IMG/VR virus record: IMGVR_UViG_3300049783_001054
Span: 12,287-76,286 of that record
Source of the DNA: a virus
DNA length: 64,000 nucleotides
Strand: one strand, 5' to 3'
Positions 28,362-39,331 of this stretch are shown in pieces. Below the pieces are notes generated by a model that worked only from the letters and a program-made list of their open reading frames with translations, was not told the DNA's origin and did not search any database. The first letter of the stretch is position 1. Each line of letters starts with the position of its first letter. Both the position numbers and the translations under genes were made by a program.

Positions 28362-30938
28362 TTAGCTGTTTCGAATGAAACAAGCAATTGTATTAGCTAG
28401 AGTTTCTTTTTCTGTGTCATCTAAATTAAACCATTTGTTTTTAATAGTAGACTCACAGAAAAATTGTGAAGAAATAATAGCATTAAATACTTTATCTTTT
28501 TGAGGATCTGCATTCCAAACTGTATAAATATTAGCTTTAATTAGATCAGTTTGGTCTTTTAAATTAAGCCAACTTTCAACTGTAAGAGCGTTGAGAATTT
28601 TAAGATCATCCCAGAATTTAGTATCATTTTCTTTGACACTAGAAACTCCAAAAGCTTTTTGAATTGAAGGATATGTATACAACTTAAAAGGAACATTTGA
28701 ATTACTAGAAATCTTAGACAATCTGACAAGATTTCTAAAACGATAAACATTAGACTCAATACTTATAAACCATTCTTTCACACAATCAGAGAATGGTTTT
28801 ATGTTGTCTTTTATTAGTTTATTTGCTTGAGTATTAGTATTCACCATAGCAATATCTGGGTAGACTTTAAGAATAGATAAAATGGTTTCTCTTTTTGGGA
28901 CGTCAAGATTTGATCTACAGTATTGATTTGTTGTATGACTTTTACTAAGATGTAGAAAATGGGTAGGTTTTACTAAGAAATCTCCTTTAAAAGGAAAACC
29001 CTCATAGCCTCCTTTATGTTCTTTCCAACCATCATTATTTACATTAATCCTATGATACTGATCAGAGACAACCTTAACCTTATTAGTGTTAGTAGTTTTT
29101 TTCTCTTTAAAAACTTCAGGAGCTTCAATAACTTTAAAGCCCATATTTTTAAAAATCTCTAAGGCTTTTGCATATGCACCTTTCCTACTATGAACAATGT
29201 AAGCTGGAACTATTTTGTAATTACTAGCCCCACTGTAAGCGGTACTGTTACAATCTACTGTTGTAGATAGGACATCCTCATAATTGCTATTTTGCCTAGA
29301 AAGAGATTCAACTGTTTTAGCTAAAATTACAACATTTGATGCTAACAGTTGAATAATTTCTCTATTATTATACTTACTCCAAATTTTATCAGGAGAGTTT
29401 AGAGTTTTAATTTTATTAGGTTTACTGTTTAGATGTTTATTACCATCAATGCGAGATTGAATAGGTTTACTTCTTAGAATAATTTCCCATTTATCTCCTG
29501 AATCCATTCGAAGTTTTGGCTTACCTAGAGTATGGTCATCAGGATAATGCTTTAATAGTTCCTGTTCAAACAAATACAATTTTTTAATTTGATTTGGCAT
29601 TACCCAAGAAGCAATAAGATTACTAGTACTTTTACTCATTATTGTATGTTCACTTTCTTTTAATACTTTGAAAGCAAAATGTTTATGTTCTGGGTAGAAT
29701 TTAACAAAACTTGAACATAAAAGGTTTATGAATTTTTTCTCAGTCAACATACTAATGAATGTATTAATATTTTGTTTCATCAAATGAACAGCAATTTTCC
29801 ATACTTCTTCATTTATACCTTCAGGGATATTATACTTTTTTTGACCATAAAACCCAGAGATATGTGAATTTTTATGAGTATTTAGTACATAATGCAAAGC
29901 AAAATAAGGTTCAATATTGTTTCTAATACACACTTTAAATGTGTATTCAAAATACTCTTTAACCAAAGGTTCAATTACTACTTGGAATTGCTCCATACAT
30001 AGTTCTAGACCAACTCGGATATTCTCTTTGGTTTTAGAGTTCAAGTTAAGACCTTCACGATTAGGCAAAGGACTGAGAGTGTGAGGTGCAAAACCAACAC
30101 AAATTGGGTATACCTGAGAAATTTGATTTATAAAATTAAACTCTGAAAGATACTCTTCTTTAGGTGGTATTTCATATCGAACACCCCCATATACAGCATA
30201 CATTTTTTGTGATGTATGGCTTGTATAGTAATTATACTTATCAGTTTTAACTTCTCTATTGTCTAGGATATATTGTGATGGTGTAAGGGTTATAGAATCA
30301 ATATACCTCATTTCATCATCTTTGTAGTAGATATTTGCTTTAATACCAGAAAGATAGAGTACATCTTTTACAGTTTTATAGGTTGCATAGATATCTTTAC
30401 CTAGAAGAGGGATAGATACAGCTAGTCCAGTTTCTTCAGTAGGAAATGACATAAGCTCTGTCATGCCCGGTTTACCTGCAACATCATCAGAAACTCGACT
30501 CATAAGGTACATGGTTTTAGTACCAAGATGGTGAGAAGACACTGTGAAAGATTCAGTGTAAGACCAAGGAGATTTAGAACCAAGTCCAAATCCTCCAGTT
30601 TGATCTTCATCATCACGCTTGGTAGAAGCTGCATAGGTGCAGTAAATATCTGCCATCATTTGATCATGAATTCCGGGACCATAATCACGAACAACAAATC
30701 CAGACTCTTCACTGATATAAATATCAATTGGTTTATCTTGGCATTTACTCATACGATGAGCATCCCAAGCATTAAACATAACTTCTTGGATCATTGCACG
30801 ATGTGGGTTTGCATAGAATCCAGTAGAAAGCATACTCATCAGCATAGGATCATCTGAAACTTTGAATCCTACTGTTTTTTTGACACCTCCAATTAGAACT
30901 TCTTTTTGTGCAAACTGATCATTAGTCATGACTTGCAT
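28362..30938 (-). CDS. rIIA: rIIA-like protein
   Basis: N-terminal GHKL ATPase motifs: E..FNAWDAH, RDYGPGI, GGFGLGSKSP. Confidence 0.9.
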   Translation of the reverse strand: MQVMTNDQFAQKEVLIGGVKKTVGFKVSDDPMLMSMLSTGFYANPHRAMIQEVMFNAWDAHRMSKCQDKPIDIYISEESGFVVRDYGPGIHDQMMADIYCTYAASTKRDDEDQTGGFGLGSKSPWSYTESFTVSSHHLGTKTMYLMSRVSDDVAGKPGMTELMSFPTEETGLAVSIPLLGKDIYATYKTVKDVLYLSGIKANIYYKDDEMRYIDSITLTPSQYILDNREVKTDKYNYYTSHTSQKMYAVYGGVRYEIPPKEEYLSEFNFINQISQVYPICVGFAPHTLSPLPNREGLNLNSKTKENIRVGLELCMEQFQVVIEPLVKEYFEYTFKVCIRNNIEPYFALHYVLNTHKNSHISGFYGQKKYNIPEGINEEVWKIAVHLMKQNINTFISMLTEKKFINLLCSSFVKFYPEHKHFAFKVLKESEHTIMSKSTSNLIASWVMPNQIKKLYLFEQELLKHYPDDHTLGKPKLRMDSGDKWEIILRSKPIQSRIDGNKHLNSKPNKIKTLNSPDKIWSKYNNREIIQLLASNVVILAKTVESLSRQNSNYEDVLSTTVDCNSTAYSGASNYKIVPAYIVHSRKGAYAKALEIFKNMGFKVIEAPEVFKEKKTTNTNKVKVVSDQYHRINVNNDGWKEHKGGYEGFPFKGDFLVKPTHFLHLSKSHTTNQYCRSNLDVPKRETILSILKVYPDIAMVNTNTQANKLIKDNIKPFSDCVKEWFISIESNVYRFRNLVRLSKISSNSNVPFKLYTYPSIQKAFGVSSVKENDTKFWDDLKILNALTVESWLNLKDQTDLIKANIYTVWNADPQKDKVFNAIISSQFFCESTIKNKWFNLDDTEKETLANTIACFIRNS

Positions 30939-30972
30939 TGATATTTCCTTAGTTTGTGTGAGTTAAATTATC

Positions 30973-31006
30973 AAAAAAGAAAGCCCCCAGATTTCTCTGG
31001 GGGCTT
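30973..31006 (-). terminator. Rho-independent terminator
   Basis: AAGCCCCCAGA/TCTGGGGGCTT stem with T-run. Confidence 0.75.
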
Positions 31007-31226
31007 AAGGGTTTTTACAAAGCTAAAGTTTCAATTTACAAACTGTCTTTGCTACTCGATAAATAACCCTATTCTCTATTAACTCCAATAAACTCAACTT
31101 TAAAATTTGAAATTATCAAATCCAAAAAGCTATTACTTAAAGGTAACAATTTAAGAGTCGATTAGTAGTTAAAATTACAAGAACCAAAAAAGAAACCGGG
31201 TTTCCCCGATTTCTATATTTTAGATA

Positions 31227-33788
31227 TTACAGAATCTGTTCAATAGTGATAACACTGTAAACTTCACTTACACCAAAATTAGCAGCACGTCCAAAGCCTT
31301 CTGTAGCAAAAGTAGCTGTACCTCTATGTTGAAGCTCAAAGACTGTAGGTGCTGCAAGTGTAATAATACCAGAAAGAGAACTATTATTCTGAGTATTATC
31401 ACCTGCATCAGAGCTTGCCATAGCTCCAATAATATCATCAGAGCTATCTGTGATATTATATAACTTAACCAAATGATGGTTAACTTTAAGGGCTGGAGCG
31501 GTTGCTGAAACTCTGAATGTACCTATAGGCAAAGTAATCTGGTTAGTAGTTAAGGATGCTCCTGTGATGTTGTTATAACGAACATTATTTAAATCTCGTG
31601 TTTCCCAAGCACCTGCTGTAAAGGTTCCACCTTCAACATTGTTAGCTTTTTCATCTGTAACAATCATAAGGTTAGACACTAAACCTGTAAGTGCTGACCC
31701 ATCTCCAATAAAATTATCCGCAGTCATAGCCCCTGTAGCATTTAATTCTGAGAATGCTCCAGCTATAGGACCAGTAATAGTACTGTTCACATACCCATTA
31801 GATGCAATCCACATATTTGGTTTTTTAGTGCCAATTCTTTCCGCTAAACCAATATTTAGGATCGGTGCATAGATATTAGCAGCCGTACCAAACTCACCAT
31901 TACGGAAACTTAAACGTATGGTTCCATCTGAAGGTACTAAGAATTGAATGTATTTGTAATACCCTCCATTGGTAACTGACCCAGAACCAAAATATCTAGA
32001 AAATACAACAGTGTTTGAACCATCTTTAACAGTAAAGAGTAGGTTGCCAAGTCCTAGTGCACCAGTCCAATCAACCCAAAATTGAAGAGTCATCACTGTT
32101 CCTGCTACAAGACCTGTGGTTTCATAAGATACTGTTTTTTCGCCCATAATTGAAACAGATGCCCCTGAAGGTGCAACAACAAGTGTCCCAGAAACAAAAT
32201 TTCCCGGTTCAACTTGAATTCCACTAGAATCTTGAGTCCACCCAGTTAACGTAGTTCCTAAACCACCATTAAAGTTTGGTAAAATATTTGACATAAGCGA
32301 TGTAGGTAAAGCTTTTGAAATTAACTGAGGGAACCACGTTGTGTTATCTGTGATATTAATTCCACCCGGAGCCGTTGTAGGATCTAGCTGAGGCTCTAAA
32401 GTGAAACCTCTAGCAGTTAGTGTGGCTTGATCTGATAAAGACCCATTAAATTCACCAGTACAAGGAACCCAATATTTAATTTTTGCAGGAGTGCTCGGAT
32501 TTGCATTAATCCACTCACCAAGGCTGATCTGAGTACCTTGAGCGATTGTTACATCTGCTGATGCAATTCGAGTACTGGTAAATTGCATTCGTGTATCGTT
32601 AGTAGGGTTAGCTGCCCAACCCAACATGAATTTACCAACATTAATGGTGACTCCACCAATTATATGTGCACCACCATTAGAGTTGTGGATATGAATAGCA
32701 GACCATTTTGTTCCAAAAACAGCAAGAGCATATGCATACCCTTCGTTATGACAAGCAGTAAAATTTATTTTATTGCAAGTGTAGTAGTCTCTAAATAGTG
32801 CATCTGTATCTGCTTTTTCTGCACCAAGTTTAACGAAGGTTCCACGATTATTGTAAAGAGAATCTAGATTACCATCATCATTAGTGAAGTTTTCACCAAT
32901 TAAAGCACCATTTTCATACCCAGAACTAAGTCCATGATTGCGATTGAATTCTGTATCAACTGAGTTTGCCGCAACACAGATAGCTCCACCACTACGATCA
33001 CCTTTATCTACATCGTTGAAGATAAGACCATAATCATAAGCAGCTTTACCACCACAGCATCTGAAGTTATTATCTTCAATGATACTATCGCCCCAGCTTT
33101 TGTATAAGTATAAGCCCCAACCACTAATATCTTGGAATCCACAATTAACAACTCGGTTTGTTCCGAAGCCTTGTGTGAAATCATCACCTAAGTCTTCAGT
33201 AACATCTTCATCAGCCACCATTGTAGCATAGCCAAGACGACCTCCAAGTTGCCCGGTGTATCCAACGATATCCCAAATATCAATTGTAGGTACCACACCA
33301 CCAGCATACCCAAATAGAACACCTTCAATATCTAATCTGCCAAAGACAGCATCAGACACACCGTCAGTGTTTTGCCAAATAGGATTACCATTACTTAAAA
33401 GACTAGTCAGTGAGCCAGTCCAACGGTTATTACCCGGTGCACCTGCTCCACGGATAGTACATAAACCAATGTAAATAGTGCCTGAACAGAAATACTTTCC
33501 ACCCGGCCATTCACCTTTAAGCTTGTTTGTTCTTAGGTGAGCTGCCCACGCATTAATCGCTACTGTATTGTCGGTCCCAGTAGTTACGCCTGCGACTGTC
33601 ACAGCATCATCTACAGCACCAAAATCTTGTGGTGTAGGTAAGTTAGATATTCCTTGGATGCCTTGTATGCCCTGAATACCTTGAGGACCAGCAACATTAC
33701 TCACACCATCAATACCTTTATCCCCTTTAGGTCCATTAAGACCATAAACGGTTAAAGTTAAAGCTGAGTCTGTACTTAAATTATACAT
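31227..33788 (-). CDS. Tail fibre/tailspike (collagen-like N-terminus, beta-helix, C-terminal beta-sandwich domains)
   Basis: G-X-Y repeats (GPQGIQGIQGIQG); pectate-lyase-3-like start (PQDFGAV...TDNTVAIN); G/T/N/S-rich. Confidence 0.8.
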   Translation of the reverse strand: MYNLSTDSALTLTVYGLNGPKGDKGIDGVSNVAGPQGIQGIQGIQGISNLPTPQDFGAVDDAVTVAGVTTGTDNTVAINAWAAHLRTNKLKGEWPGGKYFCSGTIYIGLCTIRGAGAPGNNRWTGSLTSLLSNGNPIWQNTDGVSDAVFGRLDIEGVLFGYAGGVVPTIDIWDIVGYTGQLGGRLGYATMVADEDVTEDLGDDFTQGFGTNRVVNCGFQDISGWGLYLYKSWGDSIIEDNNFRCCGGKAAYDYGLIFNDVDKGDRSGGAICVAANSVDTEFNRNHGLSSGYENGALIGENFTNDDGNLDSLYNNRGTFVKLGAEKADTDALFRDYYTCNKINFTACHNEGYAYALAVFGTKWSAIHIHNSNGGAHIIGGVTINVGKFMLGWAANPTNDTRMQFTSTRIASADVTIAQGTQISLGEWINANPSTPAKIKYWVPCTGEFNGSLSDQATLTARGFTLEPQLDPTTAPGGINITDNTTWFPQLISKALPTSLMSNILPNFNGGLGTTLTGWTQDSSGIQVEPGNFVSGTLVVAPSGASVSIMGEKTVSYETTGLVAGTVMTLQFWVDWTGALGLGNLLFTVKDGSNTVVFSRYFGSGSVTNGGYYKYIQFLVPSDGTIRLSFRNGEFGTAANIYAPILNIGLAERIGTKKPNMWIASNGYVNSTITGPIAGAFSELNATGAMTADNFIGDGSALTGLVSNLMIVTDEKANNVEGGTFTAGAWETRDLNNVRYNNITGASLTTNQITLPIGTFRVSATAPALKVNHHLVKLYNITDSSDDIIGAMASSDAGDNTQNNSSLSGIITLAAPTVFELQHRGTATFATEGFGRAANFGVSEVYSVITIEQIL

Positions 33789-34251
33789 TAGTGATATCCC
33801 TCTCTACCTCAACAGAGAAAGTCTCAGATGAGATTTTACCAGATGTTGTTGTAAACTGAACATCTGTAACATACTTTCTAGGAATCCATAAAGAGGTAAA
33901 AGACCCATCTCTAGAAATTGTAAATTTACCAGTAAGAGGTTCAGGGATAGTAACAATAAAAGTATCAAATAATTTACCACACCAACGTAATTGAGAGGTA
34001 ATAACCCAATCTGTAATATCAACAATTATAGCTAAAGCATAAGCAGCTTCATTGTTGGTGATTACAGTTTCAGCATCAGAAATAGCTACTGGATCTTGTG
34101 GGTCTACTTTTCGAAGTGAGATAAGATTAACTTTTGATAATTCTAAAGCAGCTTTAGCATTTACAGCCGTTTCATTTAGAGTATCTGTAAGTGTGAAATT
34201 TAAACTGAAATCATCACCTTGTTTAATTTTAAGTTTTTTAATGTTTGGCAT
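33781..34251 (-). CDS. BppU-like fibre adaptor protein
   Basis: IKQGDDFSLNFTLTD...DIT.W...SQLR...Y..DVQ...SET..V.V..DIT pattern; directly upstream of the fibre gene. Confidence 0.65.
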   Translation of the reverse strand: MPNIKKLKIKQGDDFSLNFTLTDTLNETAVNAKAALELSKVNLISLRKVDPQDPVAISDAETVITNNEAAYALAIIVDITDWVITSQLRWCGKLFDTFIVTIPEPLTGKFTISRDGSFTSLWIPRKYVTDVQFTTTSGKISSETFSVEVERDITNV

Positions 34252-34294
34252 ATTTTGAAGACTCCAATTAAAAGATTCAATTATGCTATAACAT

Positions 34295-34336
34295 AAAAAA
34301 AGAGAGCAAGGGAATAGGAATACCCTTGCTCTCTTT
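34295..34336 (-). terminator. Rho-independent terminator
   Basis: AGAGAGCAAGGG/CCCTTGCTCTCT stem with T-run. Confidence 0.8.
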
Positions 34337-34351
34337 AAAGTCAATCACTTT

Positions 34352-35731
34352 TCATGTTTTACTATCATATTTACTTATAATGGATTCTAGTTGAGCAATT
34401 TCACTCTTTGCCATACCTTTTACAAAATTACCGCTAATAAGGGATTCAATTTGAAGAGGTGTCAATTTAAATGACTGACGTTCACGCATATAGGCTGCGT
34501 AAACCAATGGAAAGAATCGTTCAACAGCTTCACCAATTAGTTTAGCATAAACACGGATTTCCCATTGAGCATGATCATCGTCTCTCAAATAGAGAAACTT
34601 AATCAAATTGGAAACATCCATTTTCCAAACACATTCAGTGTAGGTGTTCAGAGGTAGAATAATTCGAGCAGTTTCACGAGAAACATTAGACTCTAGAAGT
34701 GCTTCATACATATCAAATGAATGATTGGAAGCTTCTTTAATACAGAATTGAATTCCAGAAGCTACATCAAAAGGTAAAGGATCACCAGACATTTGTTTAT
34801 TGACAGTATCTTGATACATAATTTTGTCAACTTCAGGAACATAGAAAAGTCGAACCATTTTAGAATACCGACCAGAATATTCATTAAGGTTGGCAGTTCG
34901 GTGACGAACCAACTGACGCATTACAAAGATTGGCAAACGCATGTGGAACTTAATCTCTCCCATTTCAAGTGGAGAAGTGTGATGATTTCGAATCAGATAA
35001 TTAATTAGTCCTTTATCATTGTTTACCTTCTTGGTTCCACGTCCATAAGACATTCGAGCCGATTCAGCAATCTCAGCATCGCTATCAAAGACTCCTTTAA
35101 CTTCAAAGAATCCATGATCAAGAACAGTAACTGCATTAGCGGGTTTATCTTCCCATTCAAGACGTTCTTCTAGTTTTGGTTCAGAGTATTCAATTCCATC
35201 AGGTGCAGTGAAATTAACATCAAAACCTTCACCATGGAGAAGCTCTTTGAGATTATCAATAGCAACTTCTATGTTAGATTCTGGACCACCATTATCAATG
35301 ATTATATGTGCTTCACTAGGAGTTAACTGATTGGAGTTTTTATTCTCATCAGGTAAACGTGCAGAAGCATCAACCCAAATCACATAATCAAATAGCTTAC
35401 GTTCCATACATGCTCTGTACTCATCAAGGGCACGCATACCAACATACATATCATTACCCTCTTCAAACATTTCTTCTACAGTACGACATTTGTTTGGAGT
35501 ATTGTATGCTGAGATTAGATTATGCCAAATAGTTCGATGGTTTACACGATCCTCATACATCTTATGAGAAGTAACATACCTTTCTTTGCCCCATTGATCC
35601 CAAATAGCTTTAAGTCCAACAAAGTGAGAAGAAGATGTAAATTTAAGTCCCATTTTTTCTGCAATCATACTAGCCACGGTATCTTTACCGTGGCGAGCAT
35701 GACCAATAATAAGGAGCTTGGGCTTACGCAT
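34352..35731 (-). CDS. thyX: dNMP kinase-like domain fused to flavin-dependent thymidylate synthase
   Basis: N-terminal P-loop GHARHGKDT; C-terminal ThyX motif RHRTANLNEYSGRY and HAQWEIR. Confidence 0.9.
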   Translation of the reverse strand: MRKPKLLIIGHARHGKDTVASMIAEKMGLKFTSSSHFVGLKAIWDQWGKERYVTSHKMYEDRVNHRTIWHNLISAYNTPNKCRTVEEMFEEGNDMYVGMRALDEYRACMERKLFDYVIWVDASARLPDENKNSNQLTPSEAHIIIDNGGPESNIEVAIDNLKELLHGEGFDVNFTAPDGIEYSEPKLEERLEWEDKPANAVTVLDHGFFEVKGVFDSDAEIAESARMSYGRGTKKVNNDKGLINYLIRNHHTSPLEMGEIKFHMRLPIFVMRQLVRHRTANLNEYSGRYSKMVRLFYVPEVDKIMYQDTVNKQMSGDPLPFDVASGIQFCIKEASNHSFDMYEALLESNVSRETARIILPLNTYTECVWKMDVSNLIKFLYLRDDDHAQWEIRVYAKLIGEAVERFFPLVYAAYMRERQSFKLTPLQIESLISGNFVKGMAKSEIAQLESIISKYDSKT

Positions 35732-36212
35732 GTTGACGACTCATCACTGTATTGAGTGTAGTGAGAGAAGCTTCCAATTTAATTTTCAAATTATAATTAT
35801 CACTCATACCTTTTTCATGAAAGGCTGCAAGTTCAACATTCTGTTTACTTAGCTTTTCATAGTTTTTATTGAGATTTGAGAGCTTTGATTCAGTTGCATT
35901 ATACAAATTAATCAAACTTTCCAATGTAGTAGCAGCATTGAATGCAAGAAAAGCAGTAAGTTCTTTTTCTGCCATGATATGCTTACGAGCTTTAGCATGA
36001 CGACTTTTCTCAGTTTCGAGAAGATCCTGAAGAGCAACCAAAGCACGGTCTTTATCTTCAATACTCAATGCAAGCATATCAACACGCTCTTGCTTATCAA
36101 TTTTTTTACTTACGAGCTTACGGATTTCCTTCATTCGAACACGAGGATCAACATAAGCGATAGCAGGAATATGCATATCTTCTACCTTTTCAGAGTTAAA
36201 CAGTTTAAGCAT
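35724..36212 (-). CDS. Coiled-coil hypothetical protein
   Basis: Heptad-rich; start MLKLFN after AAGGA. Confidence 0.65.
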   Translation of the reverse strand: MLKLFNSEKVEDMHIPAIAYVDPRVRMKEIRKLVSKKIDKQERVDMLALSIEDKDRALVALQDLLETEKSRHAKARKHIMAEKELTAFLAFNAATTLESLINLYNATESKLSNLNKNYEKLSKQNVELAAFHEKGMSDNYNLKIKLEASLTTLNTVMSRQHA

Positions 36213-36231
36213 TTTAGTTTCCTTGAATTTT

Positions 36232-36738
36232 TTAAATAGCTTCTTGAGGATTATTAGTAGCATTCTGATACTTTCCAGTACCATAATCACCAATCTCAGC
36301 AAGTTCACTGAAGAGAACTTGAGCAATACCTTGACCAGAGTAAATATGAAGATTCTCCTGACCATGATAGACAAGTTCTAGAGTCAACCATCCTGCCCAA
36401 CCCGGTTCAATCACAGTATTAAAAACACTCAGGCCACGTCGTGCCCAAGTAGATTTATCTTTTACTTCTCCTACTAGATTTTTTGGTACATTAAATTTGT
36501 CTATAGAAGAGGCTAAAATAAAGTGACCTTTAAGAGTTTTCTTGATGTCAGTATCATGATCAAAAACGATAGTCACAGGTGCTCCTCTAATATCAAATGT
36601 AAAGACTACATCTTGTTTGATTCTAATGTCATAACCAGCTTCACCAAGACCATAAGAACTGCCCATGTATTTTCTCTTATCTGTAACCATATCTACAATA
36701 GGTGCAGCAGACAGGAGCTTATCTCCGTTAATAATCAT
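36232..36738 (-). CDS. dcd: dCTP deaminase (N4 gp26-like)
   Basis: AGYDIR, KSTWARRG, IEPGWAGWLTLE and GKYQ motifs. Confidence 0.92.
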   Translation of the reverse strand: MIINGDKLLSAAPIVDMVTDKRKYMGSSYGLGEAGYDIRIKQDVVFTFDIRGAPVTIVFDHDTDIKKTLKGHFILASSIDKFNVPKNLVGEVKDKSTWARRGLSVFNTVIEPGWAGWLTLELVYHGQENLHIYSGQGIAQVLFSELAEIGDYGTGKYQNATNNPQEAI

Positions 36739-36749
36739 TTAACAATCTT

Positions 36750-38012
36750 TCATTGTTTCTGAGGAATAAGGTACACATTTCCGTAGATGTTAGTAGGGAT
36801 AGTAAATCTAGTTTCTGGAACCAACCAAATACATTCCCATTCAGGTTTAGGGGGAATTATTACACATAGATCTGTGAAGATTACTAAAGCTTCAGACTCT
36901 AGCTCTCTGGTTCTCCTATACACATCTTTAAGATCTGTACCTCCACCAGCACGAACAAGTATATCTCCATATTCTTGTTTATCTGTAAATGTCTTTTCCA
37001 TTTTAATTCTTGTATCAAAATAGAGTACAGTCATTGAAGTAGGGTTTAGAAGTTCTTTGATGGTTCTAATCGCATCATGTGATTGTTGTGATTGCTTTTT
37101 ATTGATTGAGCCACTTACATCTAGCGCATACGTAAGATGTGTAAGTCTATTGCTGACACTTTTTCTTTGAAGACGTCCGGGCAGAATAAACTTAGTTTTT
37201 CCCAATCCATGCTGTCTCCTGTTGGGTCGAGCAAAGGTTCGCTTACCATTAGATAGCGGGTCTGTAAGATAATCCTTAAAGATTTCTTGGTAAGTAGCCC
37301 CAACAATCATCACAGTGTTTGTAGTTAGGTCTAGCTTAATACCTTTACCAGAAGTCGATACTCCAGCTTTTTTTGAAACACTATTTACGTCTTTTTCTGC
37401 TTTTTCTTTTTGATCCTCAAGATTACCACCTTCAGCCTGAAGAACTTTTTCAATCAAATCTTCAATCACTTCAGCAGATATAGTATTATTCATACTTTCA
37501 GTGTTAAGTTTTTTACTTTTATTTGCTGACTTATAAATTATATTATACACAGTTTCGGTAGACATTCCTGCATACCTAATATCTATACATGGTGTTGTAC
37601 CATCAAAGGTAAAGCCATCACTTTTAAGACCAAGATTGATTACATGATCAGCAGCTTCGTTATGGATATAAGGATCACAGTTTTTACCACGTTCCAAATG
37701 TTTTAGAATTAGATGCCAAACCTCATGAACACATACTGTGATTCTGGTTTGCTCTGGAATAGAGTCATAGAATTTTGGATTGAAAAAAATGAATCCATGA
37801 CCAGCACACGCAGTAGGAATGTCATAGGACCAAAAGATACGTACATTTACAATGTATCTAGCAAGACCAGTACATCTAGGATCATTAACCATAATCTCTT
37901 CAAAAGCCTGTTTAAGTTTTACTGCTTCAGAAGGTTTTACCTCTCCCACTTTGTATGTTGGTGGTGGTTCACTAGGCATATTAGAAGGGGGAACCAAAAC
38001 AATATTGGTCAT
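36750..38012 (-). CDS. Metallopeptidase-like and VWA domain protein (N4 gp25-like)
   Basis: HEVWH; MIDAS motif DVSGS, GGGT, FTD. Confidence 0.88.
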   Translation of the reverse strand: MTNIVLVPPSNMPSEPPPTYKVGEVKPSEAVKLKQAFEEIMVNDPRCTGLARYIVNVRIFWSYDIPTACAGHGFIFFNPKFYDSIPEQTRITVCVHEVWHLILKHLERGKNCDPYIHNEAADHVINLGLKSDGFTFDGTTPCIDIRYAGMSTETVYNIIYKSANKSKKLNTESMNNTISAEVIEDLIEKVLQAEGGNLEDQKEKAEKDVNSVSKKAGVSTSGKGIKLDLTTNTVMIVGATYQEIFKDYLTDPLSNGKRTFARPNRRQHGLGKTKFILPGRLQRKSVSNRLTHLTYALDVSGSINKKQSQQSHDAIRTIKELLNPTSMTVLYFDTRIKMEKTFTDKQEYGDILVRAGGGTDLKDVYRRTRELESEALVIFTDLCVIIPPKPEWECIWLVPETRFTIPTNIYGNVYLIPQKQ

Positions 38013-38148
38013 TATTTTTCCTTTATAAGGTGTTACCAAGAAGTAGTAAGTCCACCTTTTTTAGGTGAAAATTCGTCCTCTAAAACAGCTAAACCTAAAA
38101 GTCTTTTTCTTTTAGCTTCTTTAACTGTTTTAAGTCTTTTTTCTATTT

Positions 38149-39327
38149 CTAATCTGTTTTTGTCTGATTCACGTAAAAAGGGACATTTTCATCTGAAACC
38201 TCCATACCAATTTCTGGTATATTCAAGCGATTTTTAACATCTTGAAGCAATCGTGTATCAGAAGATGTAGATCCTAGTTTTTCCTTCAACAGTTGAGCAA
38301 ATAGAGATGAGTATTCTGATTCCATTCTTTTCATATATGACAGGATTGCATCTCTAGATTGTTCAGTGGTTTCCATAAAATGCTCAACAAGACTAGAAAC
38401 TATCTCTGCTTTAGCATTATGAGTATCAGGAATTTTTGATGAACTAGGTGTTTGTGCAATTTCCCAAGGATAAGGAATTCCCAAAGATTCATCATAATAA
38501 TCTTGAAATGCTTTACCAGCCATAATCCCAACACCACTAAATAGCATTGATGCAATTGCAGGGTTAATTTTGAAATTACTAGATCCGCTGTTAGTGATTT
38601 CAGAGGAAGCTTTTTTCCCTTTAGCTTTATTTCCTGTTTGCTTTTCATGGAGGTTCATAACCTTAAAGATCTTACCCCAGCTACGAGGATTGTTATAACT
38701 CTCCAATTCTTCTCGTTTAGATGGATCAATAGTCGAGTTCAACATATCTGGGTATTTTTCAATAAATGAAATCACAGAAGCATTGCTGATAACTTCAGGA
38801 CTTTTAGCCCATTTAAGCCAATCTTTAGAAGATACCTTCATCTCACACGGGAACATTCGTGTAATGAGTGTATCAGGCAAAGGTCGTGCAATGGCAGAAT
38901 CAGTTGAACGATTCCCTGCTGCAACAATTAGAGCTTTTGGGTGTACATGTTTATCACCAACCTTATGTCCAAGAAGTAGACTGTAGATTGCTGAGAATAC
39001 TTCATCAGGTGCATCTGGAAGTTCATCAAGATGGATCAACCACCCATCTTTACCTTCAGGAATAGGATCACCAACTAGAGGGAATGTATCAAAGGGTGTG
39101 TATTCAGCTTTCTTACGGGCTTCATTCAAGATTGGAATACCTGTAAGATCTTCAGGTAGTTTTTGACTCAAATGAATAGTAAGAAGTTCAAGGTTAAATT
39201 CTTCTGCAACTTGGGCACAAATATCAGACTTACCAATACCCGGAGGACCAGAAATATAAGGAATCTCTCTAATAGAAAGAACATTAATTACAAAGGTTTT
39301 AACCTGAGACGGCGACATAGCTTTCAT
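38149..39327 (-). CDS. MoxR-like AAA+ ATPase (N4 gp24-like)
   Basis: GPPGIGKS, LDE, AAGN and PRSW motifs; paired with the VWA gene. Confidence 0.9.
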   Translation of the reverse strand: MKAMSPSQVKTFVINVLSIREIPYISGPPGIGKSDICAQVAEEFNLELLTIHLSQKLPEDLTGIPILNEARKKAEYTPFDTFPLVGDPIPEGKDGWLIHLDELPDAPDEVFSAIYSLLLGHKVGDKHVHPKALIVAAGNRSTDSAIARPLPDTLITRMFPCEMKVSSKDWLKWAKSPEVISNASVISFIEKYPDMLNSTIDPSKREELESYNNPRSWGKIFKVMNLHEKQTGNKAKGKKASSEITNSGSSNFKINPAIASMLFSGVGIMAGKAFQDYYDESLGIPYPWEIAQTPSSSKIPDTHNAKAEIVSSLVEHFMETTEQSRDAILSYMKRMESEYSSLFAQLLKEKLGSTSSDTRLLQDVKNRLNIPEIGMEVSDENVPFYVNQTKTD

Positions 39328-39331
39328 TGTT

